Both the position numbers and the translations under genes were made by a program. Shown in pieces: positions 19,923-28,651 of a stretch of 42,734 nt of DNA. The DNA is from Bdellovibrionales bacterium (lineage in GTDB: Bacteria; Bdellovibrionota; UBA1018; CAIMNF01), in NCBI GenBank assembly GCA_040380025.1, contig JBEIJY010000019.1, forward strand, positions 1-42,734, written 5' to 3'. The notes under the pieces are model-generated. The model searched no databases. It was not told where the DNA came from and worked only from the letters and a program-made list of their open reading frames with translations. How positions within the stretch are numbered: position 1 is the first letter of the stretch; each line of letters starts with the position of its first letter.

Positions 19923-19952
19923 AGGGTAGCAAAAAAACACTGTATCTGTCTA
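19923..19952 (-). promoter_or_regulatory. sigma70-type promoter for rnpB
   Basis: Minus strand TAGACA-N18-TACCCT with TG extended -10, ending 7 nt before the P1 5' strand. Confidence 0.6.
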
Positions 19953-20059
19953 TTCGATTTACACCCGAAAGCCCGAAACCACGGCCAAATCGAATCCAGC
20001 GTGCCCGGAATTCTTGACTTTACGGCACGCCCCTTGCTCAATGCCTCTTCGAAATCTTT

Positions 20060-21298
20060 ATGAAAACGGACATCAAACTCAATTTGTTTCGCTGTCTCCC
20101 GCTCCTGGTACTCACCCTCGGCGCGTGCAGCAAGTCCGTTCCGCCCGCCGCCCAAACCCCGCCCCCCGATCATATTCAAATCACCGACCCCGACCAAACC
20201 ATCCAAACCCTCGAAAAGGTCGAATTCCAGGACGCCTGCGAGCGAAAAGTGGCGCCGATCCGGAAAGAGATTCAGGAAAAACTCAAGGCCTGGAATGACA
20301 CGATTCTCGCCGAACGCGAAAAAAATCCGGACAAAGACAAACCCGCCACGGCAATCGATGAAACCAAATGGGTGAAGTTCCAGGGCTCCTTCCTCTCGAA
20401 AGACCCCGTGAAAGTCCTGCCTGCGGAGGTCGCACAGGGCTGGAATACGACCACCGACAGTTGGGAGATGCTGAAAAAGGAAATGGAAGCGATGAAACCC
20501 ACCGAGCAGAATCTGAGTTTGGTCAGCTCGAGATGGCTCTCGCTTCTGACCGACGACGAACAAAGACTCATCTACAAAAAAAACTACAGCATCGGTCATG
20601 AGCAGATCGAATTCCTGAAATCCCTCATTTCAGCCGTAAAATCTTGCTACGAAAACAAGGACTGCGTTGAAATCAATCTGGATGACGCAATCAAGACACA
20701 GGCGATGGCGATCCCGCTTTATCGAGATCTCTTTCAGTCCATCGAGGCCGCGTCCGACCAAGAATCCAAACGTGCCGCCGTCAAAAAGTTCGCCGAAAGA
20801 GCGTACTGGGACGAGTTCCAGTTCACCTATCGTTCCGTCACCCCGATTCTGGCCACAACAGGCACGAATCAAACCCAGTTCACGCTGGGGCTGAGTCCGG
20901 GGGCGCTCACCCAGGAAGAGCAGAAAATTTTTGCGGATGCAGCCATTGCTTCCTGGCAAAACGAGAAAGCAAAACTCGAAATCGATTGGGTCCCTCAGGC
21001 AACCGACCTCTTCACCGTGCTGTTCCACATCGACCTTCCCGGAGCCCGCGCGAACGTGTCTTACGGAAACAGGGCATTGAACCTGTACCCGGGCACCCAC
21101 TTAAAAGGAATCGCGCACGAGGTCGGCCACTTGCTCGGGTTCCCCGACCATTACTACACCGTTTGGGACGACAAGAACTGTTCCTATTCCGTGCAAAGCA
21201 ATACCGAGGACCTGATGAGCTATCACTGGACGGGCACTGTGAACGACGCGGAATGGAATGAGCTGATGAACGCGCTCCAACAGACAAAGATCCAGTAG
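20060..21298 (+). CDS. Zinc metalloprotease lipoprotein (metzincin-like HEXXHXXGXXD), copy 1
   Basis: Lipobox LTLGA-C, HEVGHLLGFPDHY and downstream Met-turn-like DLMS. Confidence 0.8.
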   Translation: MKTDIKLNLFRCLPLLVLTLGACSKSVPPAAQTPPPDHIQITDPDQTIQTLEKVEFQDACERKVAPIRKEIQEKLKAWNDTILAEREKNPDKDKPATAIDETKWVKFQGSFLSKDPVKVLPAEVAQGWNTTTDSWEMLKKEMEAMKPTEQNLSLVSSRWLSLLTDDEQRLIYKKNYSIGHEQIEFLKSLISAVKSCYENKDCVEINLDDAIKTQAMAIPLYRDLFQSIEAASDQESKRAAVKKFAERAYWDEFQFTYRSVTPILATTGTNQTQFTLGLSPGALTQEEQKIFADAAIASWQNEKAKLEIDWVPQATDLFTVLFHIDLPGARANVSYGNRALNLYPGTHLKGIAHEVGHLLGFPDHYYTVWDDKNCSYSVQSNTEDLMSYHWTGTVNDAEWNELMNALQQTKIQ

Positions 21299-21302
21299 CG
21301 CC

Positions 21303-22523
21303 ATGCGAACTGCGAGGACTCTCCCCAAAAAAGCTTTCTTTATTATGATTCTTGCGCTGATTCTGAGCGCTTGCAGCGAGCCTTCCCGCGTGATCACCCA
21401 ATATCCGCCGTACCATCTCGAGATCAGCAATCCCGACGAGATGCTGGCCCAACTCGAGCGAATTCCGGAGAAGGAACCCTGTGACATCGCAGTCGCCCCG
21501 ATTCGTCGGGAACTCGTCTCGAAACTCGGCCACTCGAAGAAAATCCCGGATTCCGGAGAATCCTCACTCGCCGAGAACGTGCGCGTGGCCCCGCTCGATG
21601 AATCGACCGTGCCGTTTCAGGGATCCTTTCTGAGTCGTCCTCCGAAATCTCCCGTTCGAACGGGGAAATGGTTCGCGAGCGAATCCAGTTGGCAGACCCT
21701 GAAGGTCGCTCTCGAGGGCGGCTGGGCCGATTCCGAAGCCCCCGAGCCCGCTCGCTCGATGGTCGTGTCTTTGCTGATGAATGATCTTTTGAGGTCCATG
21801 CACGGAGTGAACTTCGGCATCACCCCCGAGACCATCGTGAGCCTGAAACCCGTCCATGCGGCCGTGATCGCCTGCCACAATGATCCGGGCTGTACCACGA
21901 TTGCTCTGCCGGCCGAGACCCGCGAAACCGCCGACCAAATCCCGATGTACCGCCGCCTGCGGACCGCCGTCGAAACCGCCGGAACCACGATCGCCAAGCG
22001 CGAAGCGATCGCGGAATTCGCACGCCGAACCTCGGCGGACGTCGATCGTTACCTGTTTCATGGGGCGCCGAAGCTCAAGACCGAAACCGACCGGGACCGC
22101 CTGATGATCACGCTGGACCTGCACCCCGGTGTCTTGAACGAACCCGAATTGAAGCTACTCGAGTCGACCGCTGAGGAGGTCTGGAAAAAAACCGATGTGA
22201 TGCTGAACCTGGAGTGGAATTCGCTTGCGACCGATCTGTTCTCGGTGTTGTTCCACATCGAGCTCCCCGGCGCCCGACCGAACGTGAATCGGGCCAATCG
22301 CAGCATCAATCTCTATCCGGGATCGAACCTTCGCTCGATCGCCCACGAGATCGGCCACGTGCTCGGATTCCCCGATCACTATTATACTGTCTGGGACGAG
22401 AAGGAATGCGTCTACACCCAGCTGACCCTCGACACCGACGTGATGAGCGACAGCATCACCGGCTCAGTGACCGAAACCGAGTGGAAAGTCCTGATCGAAT
22501 CCCTTACCCGATCCGCACCCTGA
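21303..22523 (+). CDS. Zinc metalloprotease lipoprotein (HEXXHXXGXXD), paralogous copy 2
   Basis: Lipobox LILSA-C, HEIGHVLGFPDHY, DVMS; colinear similarity to copy 1. Confidence 0.8.
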   Translation: MRTARTLPKKAFFIMILALILSACSEPSRVITQYPPYHLEISNPDEMLAQLERIPEKEPCDIAVAPIRRELVSKLGHSKKIPDSGESSLAENVRVAPLDESTVPFQGSFLSRPPKSPVRTGKWFASESSWQTLKVALEGGWADSEAPEPARSMVVSLLMNDLLRSMHGVNFGITPETIVSLKPVHAAVIACHNDPGCTTIALPAETRETADQIPMYRRLRTAVETAGTTIAKREAIAEFARRTSADVDRYLFHGAPKLKTETDRDRLMITLDLHPGVLNEPELKLLESTAEEVWKKTDVMLNLEWNSLATDLFSVLFHIELPGARPNVNRANRSINLYPGSNLRSIAHEIGHVLGFPDHYYTVWDEKECVYTQLTLDTDVMSDSITGSVTETEWKVLIESLTRSAP

Positions 22524-22803
22524 AACCGCGTCCGTCCTCGCCCGGAAAGCACTGGCAGGCAAGACGGATTCCCGATTCCAGCTCGTCCGGGCTCAAGTGC
22601 GCCTTTTCGATCGCGGTCGGAGGGTTCACCTTGTTTCGATCCCCAGCCTCGATGATCACCCGGTCGTTCCCGCACTTTCCGTGACCACCGCACCGGCTCC
22701 CCGTCTCGAGCTCGATCAACTGCGCGTGGGCGAGCACGTTCAGGTTCCTGAAACACGCGCCCGAATCCAGCTCTTTTTCGCCCTGCAGGAACACGATGTT
22801 CAT
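22504..22803 (-). CDS. 2Fe-2S ferredoxin-like protein with atypical ligand set
   Basis: CGGHGKCGND followed by PT..E...L....L..G.RLACQ. Confidence 0.8.
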   Translation of the reverse strand: MNIVFLQGEKELDSGACFRNLNVLAHAQLIELETGSRCGGHGKCGNDRVIIEAGDRNKVNPPTAIEKAHLSPDELESGIRLACQCFPGEDGRGFRVRIG

Positions 22804-22822
22804 GGCATTCGTCCTCTTTTTT

Positions 22823-24367
22823 TCAGAGCCTGCGATCGCTTTTCAGAAAATGGACGAAACTCCACAGAAGATGCGGCAAATGCAAGCATCGCTCGATCCA
22901 CCCGCCCTGCTGGAAGCGGATCCATGAGCGGAAGAACTCCCGTTGCGCCCCGGTGTACGGAAACCACCAGAACGACTTGAAGCGAAGGAACCCGAAGCGG
23001 GGTTTGTTGATGTGCCGGACATGCACGAACTCATGAATCCCGAGCTCCGAGTGCTTGCGGCCGAATCCGGAATCCTTGAGTCCGCCCCAGGGGGTCTCAG
23101 GCAAGCCCGCCGAGAACAAGACCTCATTCACCATCACACTTCCCACATGGAGCTCGCGCGCGACCTCCTCGCCCAAGGACGGATTGTTCGTGATGACCGA
23201 AGCGAGGAGTCCGTAGGCGTTCTGGTTCGTTTTTTCGATCGCCTCCGGGATGGACTTGAAGGTCGTCATCGCGATCACGGGACCGAAGGTCTCCTCGTTG
23301 TAGATTTTCATTCCCTCGATTCCCGAACCGGTCACGAGCGTCGGAAGCATCCGCGTGCGATCGGCACTCAGGATCCCGCCGCACAGGAACTCGGCGCCCT
23401 TTTCGCGCGCCTCCAACAGATGCTCCTCGTACACCGCCTTTTGCCGGTCCATGGTCGTGACCCCGAGATCGGTGTCGGGGCTCAAGAGTGCGATTTTTTC
23501 TTTGAGCTTCGCCGCGAACGGTTTGGCGATCGACTCATGGACAATGAGCCGCTCGACCGAGGCGCAGACTTGGCCTGAATTCGTGTACCCTCCCCAGAGG
23601 GCGGCCGAGGTGGCGAAATCGAGATCGGCATCGGGCAGAATGATCATGGCGTCCTTCCCGCCGAGTTCGAGGGTCACGGGAATCAGATGCTGGGAGGCCT
23701 GCTTCATGATCGCCTTGCCGGTGCGGACGCTTCCCGTGAAGAACACCTTCGCCGGACGCTCCTCGATGATCGCCGACCCGAGCGAACCCTCGCCATAAAC
23801 CGTTTGCAGCAGATCGCGGGGAAATCCCGCCTCGTCGAACAGCTCCTGGATCTTCTGCCCCACCCGGGAGGTGTGCTCGCTTGGTTTGAACACGACGGAA
23901 TTTCCCGTCACGATTGCAAACGCGATGTCGCCAAAAGCCAAAAAAAACGGGTAATTCCAAGGCGAAATCACAGCCACGGCCCCGAGCGGCCAGTAGGTGA
24001 GAATGCTCTTCCGGTGACGGAGCAGCGGGTTTCGGAGCGGAATGGTTTTGTCTTTCAGTTTTTCGGGGGTGATTTTTGCAAGATAAGAGAGGAGCTCCAC
24101 CGCCGGAAGAAGCTCGCAGACCAAGGCCTCGGTGACCGGCTTGCCGTTCTCTTCATGGATGACCGAGGCGATCTCGTCGACCTTGCGGCACAAGGCATCC
24201 CGAAGGTGGAGCATCTTCGCGACCCGCTTCTTGACTGGCGTCTTGGCCCAAAGGACCTGCGCCTCGCGGGAGCGGCGAAACACCCCGTTCAGAGCTTCGG
24301 TCGGAGTCTTCGGAATTTCACAGATCACAGCGCCGGTCTTCGGGTTCTTGCAAAGGATCGTTTCCAT
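22823..24367 (-). CDS. Aldehyde dehydrogenase family protein
   Basis: ISPWNYP, FKPSE, FTGS, LELGGKD, catalytic NSGQVC, EETFGP, PWGG.KDSGFGR; hydrophobic C-terminal tail. Confidence 0.94.
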   Translation of the reverse strand: METILCKNPKTGAVICEIPKTPTEALNGVFRRSREAQVLWAKTPVKKRVAKMLHLRDALCRKVDEIASVIHEENGKPVTEALVCELLPAVELLSYLAKITPEKLKDKTIPLRNPLLRHRKSILTYWPLGAVAVISPWNYPFFLAFGDIAFAIVTGNSVVFKPSEHTSRVGQKIQELFDEAGFPRDLLQTVYGEGSLGSAIIEERPAKVFFTGSVRTGKAIMKQASQHLIPVTLELGGKDAMIILPDADLDFATSAALWGGYTNSGQVCASVERLIVHESIAKPFAAKLKEKIALLSPDTDLGVTTMDRQKAVYEEHLLEAREKGAEFLCGGILSADRTRMLPTLVTGSGIEGMKIYNEETFGPVIAMTTFKSIPEAIEKTNQNAYGLLASVITNNPSLGEEVARELHVGSVMVNEVLFSAGLPETPWGGLKDSGFGRKHSELGIHEFVHVRHINKPRFGFLRFKSFWWFPYTGAQREFFRSWIRFQQGGWIERCLHLPHLLWSFVHFLKSDRRL

Positions 24368-24412
24368 GAGCCGATTAAACACCGACTCGAACCGAAACAA
24401 AAGGCTCTTCCG

Positions 24413-25123
24413 TCAGCGAACGCCCCAGGACGCGAGCGTTTCTTCTTCCTCGAGCTTGTTCTTGATCTTTTTATACCGGGCGCCCCTCTTACCCTCGGTG
24501 ACGCGGCGGCATTCCTCCCAAGTCGAGTGACGAGAGAGCTTTCCGTTCACATAACTCAAATACACGGGCTCGAACCGCGCGCCGGGCTCGAGGGATACGG
24601 CATACCCCGAAAGAGGGCCCTCGTAGAGATCGATCGATTCGCCCCTCGAAAACCGCACGGCGATCTGATCGACCCGCTCGTTCGCCTCGGTTCCGGCGTG
24701 GCCCTTCACCAATCGGTACTCGAGCCGGAAGCCCTGGTTTCGGAGCATTTCTTGCCCCTTCTCGAGCTTTTCCCAAAGGTCCTGATTCTTGACCGGCTCT
24801 CCGGTCGAGGTCTTCCAGCCGTTTTTGATCCAGTTTTTCACGAAACGACTGGCTCCATCGAGCACGTACTTCGAATCCGAGATGATCTCGATCACTCCAC
24901 CCTTCGGTACGGAATCCGGAACCCTCATGGCATCGCGATACACCTCTTGGAGCCCCCGATAGGTGCCGAAAATCTCCATCCGGTTGTTGGTGGTGGCATC
25001 CTCGAAGCCCCCGAATTCGCGCACCCGGTCGCCTGGCATGAGTACGATGAGCCCCCACCCTCCTGGGCCCGGATTTTTGGAGCATGCGCCGTCCGAAACG
25101 AGAACGTATCTGGCTTTTTCCAA
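24413..25123 (-). CDS. rnhA: Ribonuclease HI with C-terminal hybrid-binding (viroplasmin-like) domain
   Basis: DGACS.NPGPGGWG, TTNNRME, SDSKYV, W.KNGWKT..G.PVKN.DLW, VKGHAG...NE..D; tail TWEEC...G..GARYKK. TTG start. Confidence 0.92.
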   Translation of the reverse strand: MEKARYVLVSDGACSKNPGPGGWGLIVLMPGDRVREFGGFEDATTNNRMEIFGTYRGLQEVYRDAMRVPDSVPKGGVIEIISDSKYVLDGASRFVKNWIKNGWKTSTGEPVKNQDLWEKLEKGQEMLRNQGFRLEYRLVKGHAGTEANERVDQIAVRFSRGESIDLYEGPLSGYAVSLEPGARFEPVYLSYVNGKLSRHSTWEECRRVTEGKRGARYKKIKNKLEEEETLASWGVR

Positions 25124-25158
25124 TTTCCTGATTTCCTCCCCAATTCTTTTTCAGGCCC

Positions 25159-25200
25159 TGACAATCCCGTGACAAACCCCGGAAGGCATTGATTTAGCCT
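25159..25200 (+). promoter_or_regulatory. HemR-type direct-repeat box TGACA-N6-TGACA in the hem operon promoter, with candidate -10 TAGCCT
   Basis: TGACA(25159-63)-atcccg-TGACA(25170-74) with 11-bp periodicity typical of OmpR/PhoB sites; -10-like TAGCCT at 25195-25200. Confidence 0.75.
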
Positions 25201-25211
25201 AAAAATGATCT

Positions 25212-26141
25212 ATGGACCTGTTTTTATACGAGTTTGAGGCGAATTGCCCGTTTTCGTTCGCCCGGAGTTTCGCTCTCCCCGCGCTGGAAGTAAAGACCTG
25301 TCAGCGCACATTTTTCATGAGCTGGACTCCGCTTCCGTTCGAGGGGGCCCGACGCTCGTTCCGGGGGGCGGATGCGTACGAGTTCTTGTTGCGGTTCGCC
25401 TGCGGTCTCGAGAGCGAGATCAAGGGCGAGACCGATGTGTTCGGACAACTGAAGACCTCCGTGAAAACCTTCCTCGAGTCCCACCCGGGACTGGCCACAG
25501 AACAAGCCTCGCTGTTCCAGAAGCTTTTCGAAGACACGAAAGAAATCCGCGCCGAGTACCTGCAGGGAATCGGCGGCAACACCTACGGAGCGCTTGCGCG
25601 ACGGGTGCTGAATCCGGCGCCCGGATCCCGCGTGCTGATGCTGGGCGCAGGGCAGATCTCAAAAAGTGTTGCGCCGTATTTTGCGGATTCGCGCCTTTCG
25701 CTCTTCAATCGCACGGAGACCCGCCTTGCAGAACTTCAGCGCGATCTTCAGGCGAAGGGGTACCCCGGAATCTCCGTTCACTCGGATTCCTCCCGGCTCC
25801 CCGATCTTTTGCTCTCCTCGGACCTCATTCTGATCGCGACTCCCGTGAACTCACCGCTCGATGCCGCGGTGATCGCCGCGGTTCGCACCCTTGACCGGAC
25901 CGAACGCCCGAAGATTCTGCACCTGGGCGGACAAGCCCGCGAACTCGACTCGTTCCGCGAGGCCGGAATCGCGATCCTCTCGCTCAGCGACCTTTTCGCG
26001 CTCGAGAAAGTGCAGGACGGTTACCGCGAAAAACAAATCCGGCAGGCGTTCGATGCGTGCCGGAGACGCGCGCTCCTTCGCTCGCTCTCGCGCTCGATTC
26101 ACATCCCTCACGGCTGGGAAGACCTGGCCCTGTTTTATTGA
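25212..26141 (+). CDS. hemA: Glutamyl-tRNA reductase, short form
   Basis: TCQR (catalytic Cys motif variant), GLES...GET.VFGQ.K, NADPH-binding LGAGQI, FNRT; first gene of the hem operon. Confidence 0.85.
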   Translation: MDLFLYEFEANCPFSFARSFALPALEVKTCQRTFFMSWTPLPFEGARRSFRGADAYEFLLRFACGLESEIKGETDVFGQLKTSVKTFLESHPGLATEQASLFQKLFEDTKEIRAEYLQGIGGNTYGALARRVLNPAPGSRVLMLGAGQISKSVAPYFADSRLSLFNRTETRLAELQRDLQAKGYPGISVHSDSSRLPDLLLSSDLILIATPVNSPLDAAVIAAVRTLDRTERPKILHLGGQARELDSFREAGIAILSLSDLFALEKVQDGYREKQIRQAFDACRRRALLRSLSRSIHIPHGWEDLALFY

Positions 26142-26153
26142 TGGCGGCATTGC

Positions 26154-27665
26154 ATGGAACCGAAACTTTATAAACTTGGAACCCGAAAATCCCTTCTTGC
26201 GCTCGCCCAGAGCGGCTGGGTCGCGCGCGAACTCGAGCGCCTGAATCCCGGAATCCGCATTGAACTGGTGGGAATCGAAACGAAGGGCGATGTGATCCTC
26301 GACAAGCCTTTGAGCCAGATCGAAGGAAAGGAGTTCTTCACGGCGGAGCTCGATCATGCGCTTCTTCGCGGCGAGGTCGACCTGACCGTCCACTCGATGA
26401 AAGACCTGAGCCTCGAGCGTCCGGATGCGCTCGTGCTGGGCGCGGTTCCTCCGCGCGAGGTTCCGAACGACGTGATTGTGTTCCACGAAACCGTGATCGA
26501 GCGGATCCGTGCCGGAAAGCCCGTGCGCATCGGCACTTCCTCACCGCGAAGACTTGCCCTTCTTCCCGCTTTTTTGAAAGAAGCATTGCCCCGTTTTTCG
26601 CCCGAAAAAGAGCCCGCTCTTCAGTTCGTCGAGATCCGCGGGAACGTGAACACGCGCCTGGGCCGGGTTCATGAACCCGAGGATTCCGCGCGAAAACTCG
26701 ACGGCGTGGTTCTGGCATTTGCGGGTCTGGAGCGTCTCATGCTGGATGGCCCCGGAGCAGAGGAGCTCTCGCGGCTCCGGGTCGGCACCCGCATGATGGT
26801 CCTGCCCCTGAAGCCCTGCCCTTCGGCTCCGGCCCAAGGGGCGCTTGCGGTCGAGACCCGAAAAGACTTCGACGAAGTCCGGCGGATTCTGAAGCCGCTT
26901 CATCACGAACCCACTCTGCTGGCGGTGCGCGAGGAGCGGCAGGTGCTTTTGGAATGGGGCGGGGGTTGCCATCAGGAACTGGGCGCGAGCCGCGTTCCAT
27001 CCGGCGCGCTCTTTGTGAAAGGCCGGAAACCCACCGGAGAATGGATCGACGAGACGCGCGGGGCGCAGACGCCGGGACTCTCGGGCTTCACAAAGCTCGA
27101 TGCGCCCGATGTGTTTGATTTCGAAGCGAGAGCCTTGAGCCAAGAAGACCTTGCGATTCTCAGCAACGCGGGGCTTGTTTTCGTGGCCCATCGTCGCGCG
27201 TTCGAGCACCTCGACGCGAAGGATGCGATCCGGGCCCCGTCCGGCAAAAGGGTCTGGGTCTCCGGAACCCAAAGCTGGTTCAAGCTTGCGCGCGAAGGCG
27301 TGTTTGTCGAAGGATCAGTCGACGGTCGGGGCTTTGAGGCGATCCGCGGGTATGCCGCAAAACAGCTCCTGCGCGTTTCTGGCAATGGAATCGTGTTTGT
27401 TTCGCACACCGAAAGCCCCAAGGTCGAGGGGGCGCGGGTTCTCGGCACCTACTCGCACCGATTCCGTGAAGTACCCCGAAAATTCCACGAAAACGACTCG
27501 ATTTACTGGAGTTCGGGCTTACCGTTTCTTGCGCTTTGGAGTAAGATCGGGCCCGAGCCATTTCGAACAAAAACCCATGCCTGCGGGCCGGGAAGAACCG
27601 CCCGCCAGGTGCAAGAGAAGCTCCGTGAAATCGGCGCTTCTTTGACCATCCTCTCTGTGGAGTAG
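26154..27665 (+). CDS. hemC: Hydroxymethylbilane synthase with ~200-aa C-terminal extension (probable HemD-like domain)
   Basis: GTRKS.LAL.Q, T.GD, GK.FFT.EL, VHSMKDL, IGTSS.RR, IRGNVNTRL, PAQGALA, cofactor Cys in GGGCH. Confidence 0.92.
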   Translation: MEPKLYKLGTRKSLLALAQSGWVARELERLNPGIRIELVGIETKGDVILDKPLSQIEGKEFFTAELDHALLRGEVDLTVHSMKDLSLERPDALVLGAVPPREVPNDVIVFHETVIERIRAGKPVRIGTSSPRRLALLPAFLKEALPRFSPEKEPALQFVEIRGNVNTRLGRVHEPEDSARKLDGVVLAFAGLERLMLDGPGAEELSRLRVGTRMMVLPLKPCPSAPAQGALAVETRKDFDEVRRILKPLHHEPTLLAVREERQVLLEWGGGCHQELGASRVPSGALFVKGRKPTGEWIDETRGAQTPGLSGFTKLDAPDVFDFEARALSQEDLAILSNAGLVFVAHRRAFEHLDAKDAIRAPSGKRVWVSGTQSWFKLAREGVFVEGSVDGRGFEAIRGYAAKQLLRVSGNGIVFVSHTESPKVEGARVLGTYSHRFREVPRKFHENDSIYWSSGLPFLALWSKIGPEPFRTKTHACGPGRTARQVQEKLREIGASLTILSVE

Positions 27666-28651
27666 TGCGGAAGATGTATCCAGAAACCAACCGTAGAATC
27701 CGATCCGGTTCCATTGTCCGGAACCTCGTGAAGACCGTAGGCCTTGATGTCAGCAAGCTGATCCAGCCCCTGTTCGTGGTCGAAGGCATCCGGGAGCGCG
27801 AACCCGTTCCGGGACTGACCGGCGTTTATCGCGACACCCCCGAGACCCTGCTCCGTCAGGTCGGGCAAGACCTCGAAAAAGGCGTGAAGAGCTTTCTTTT
27901 GTTCGGCGTTCCTGCCGCAAAGGCCGAACGGGATTTTGATTCGTCGTTCACCGCGGGCCAGATCCGGGCGCTCAAAAAGGAATTCGGTGACCGCATCTTT
28001 CTTGCCGTCGACGTGTGCCTCTGCTCGTCGACAACCCACGGGCATTGCGGGATTTTGAACGATTCGCACGACCATGTGCTGAATTCCGAATCAGTGGCGG
28101 CGCTCGCCGGAGCCGCCCTCGAGTATGCGCGTGCCGGAGCCGATTGCGTCGCCCCGAGCGACATGATGGATCATCGCATTCGCGCCATCCGCGAGACTCT
28201 CGATCAGAACGGATTCCAACGCACGCTCCTCATGAGCTATTCGGCGAAATTCCATTCGGGATTCTACGGCCCCTTCCGCGTGGCCGCGGATTCGGCCCCG
28301 AAAGGGGAACTGAAGCTGAAAGACCGGGCCACCTATCAGATCGACCCGGCGAATCCCTCGGATGCGTTCCGTTCGAGCGAACGCGATCGCGAAGAGGGCG
28401 CCGACATCTTGATGGTGAAGCCGGGACTTCCCTATCTCGACGTGATCCGGGACCTCACCGCCCGGATTCCATTGCCCTGGGCCGTATATGAGGTCAGCGG
28501 GGAATTCGCCGCGATCGAACTCATGGCCGAGAAGGGCCTCATCGATGCGCGACGGGCGCATCTGGAATCCTGGACTGCGTTCTTTCGGGCAGGAGCGCAG
28601 ATGGTGATCACCTACGGAGCCCGATCGGCAAAAGAATGGATTGGACAATGA
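27665..28651 (+). CDS. hemB: Porphobilinogen synthase (Zn-type Cys motif)
   Basis: DVCLC...HGHCG, APSDMMD, MSYSAKF.S.FYGPFR, YQIDP, EGADILMVKPG. Confidence 0.97.
   Translation: MRKMYPETNRRIRSGSIVRNLVKTVGLDVSKLIQPLFVVEGIREREPVPGLTGVYRDTPETLLRQVGQDLEKGVKSFLLFGVPAAKAERDFDSSFTAGQIRALKKEFGDRIFLAVDVCLCSSTTHGHCGILNDSHDHVLNSESVAALAGAALEYARAGADCVAPSDMMDHRIRAIRETLDQNGFQRTLLMSYSAKFHSGFYGPFRVAADSAPKGELKLKDRATYQIDPANPSDAFRSSERDREEGADILMVKPGLPYLDVIRDLTARIPLPWAVYEVSGEFAAIELMAEKGLIDARRAHLESWTAFFRAGAQMVITYGARSAKEWIGQ

Noticed and set aside
19460..20599. 379-aa minus-strand ORF
   Set aside because: It runs through the RNase P RNA gene and antisense to the metalloprotease gene; spurious.
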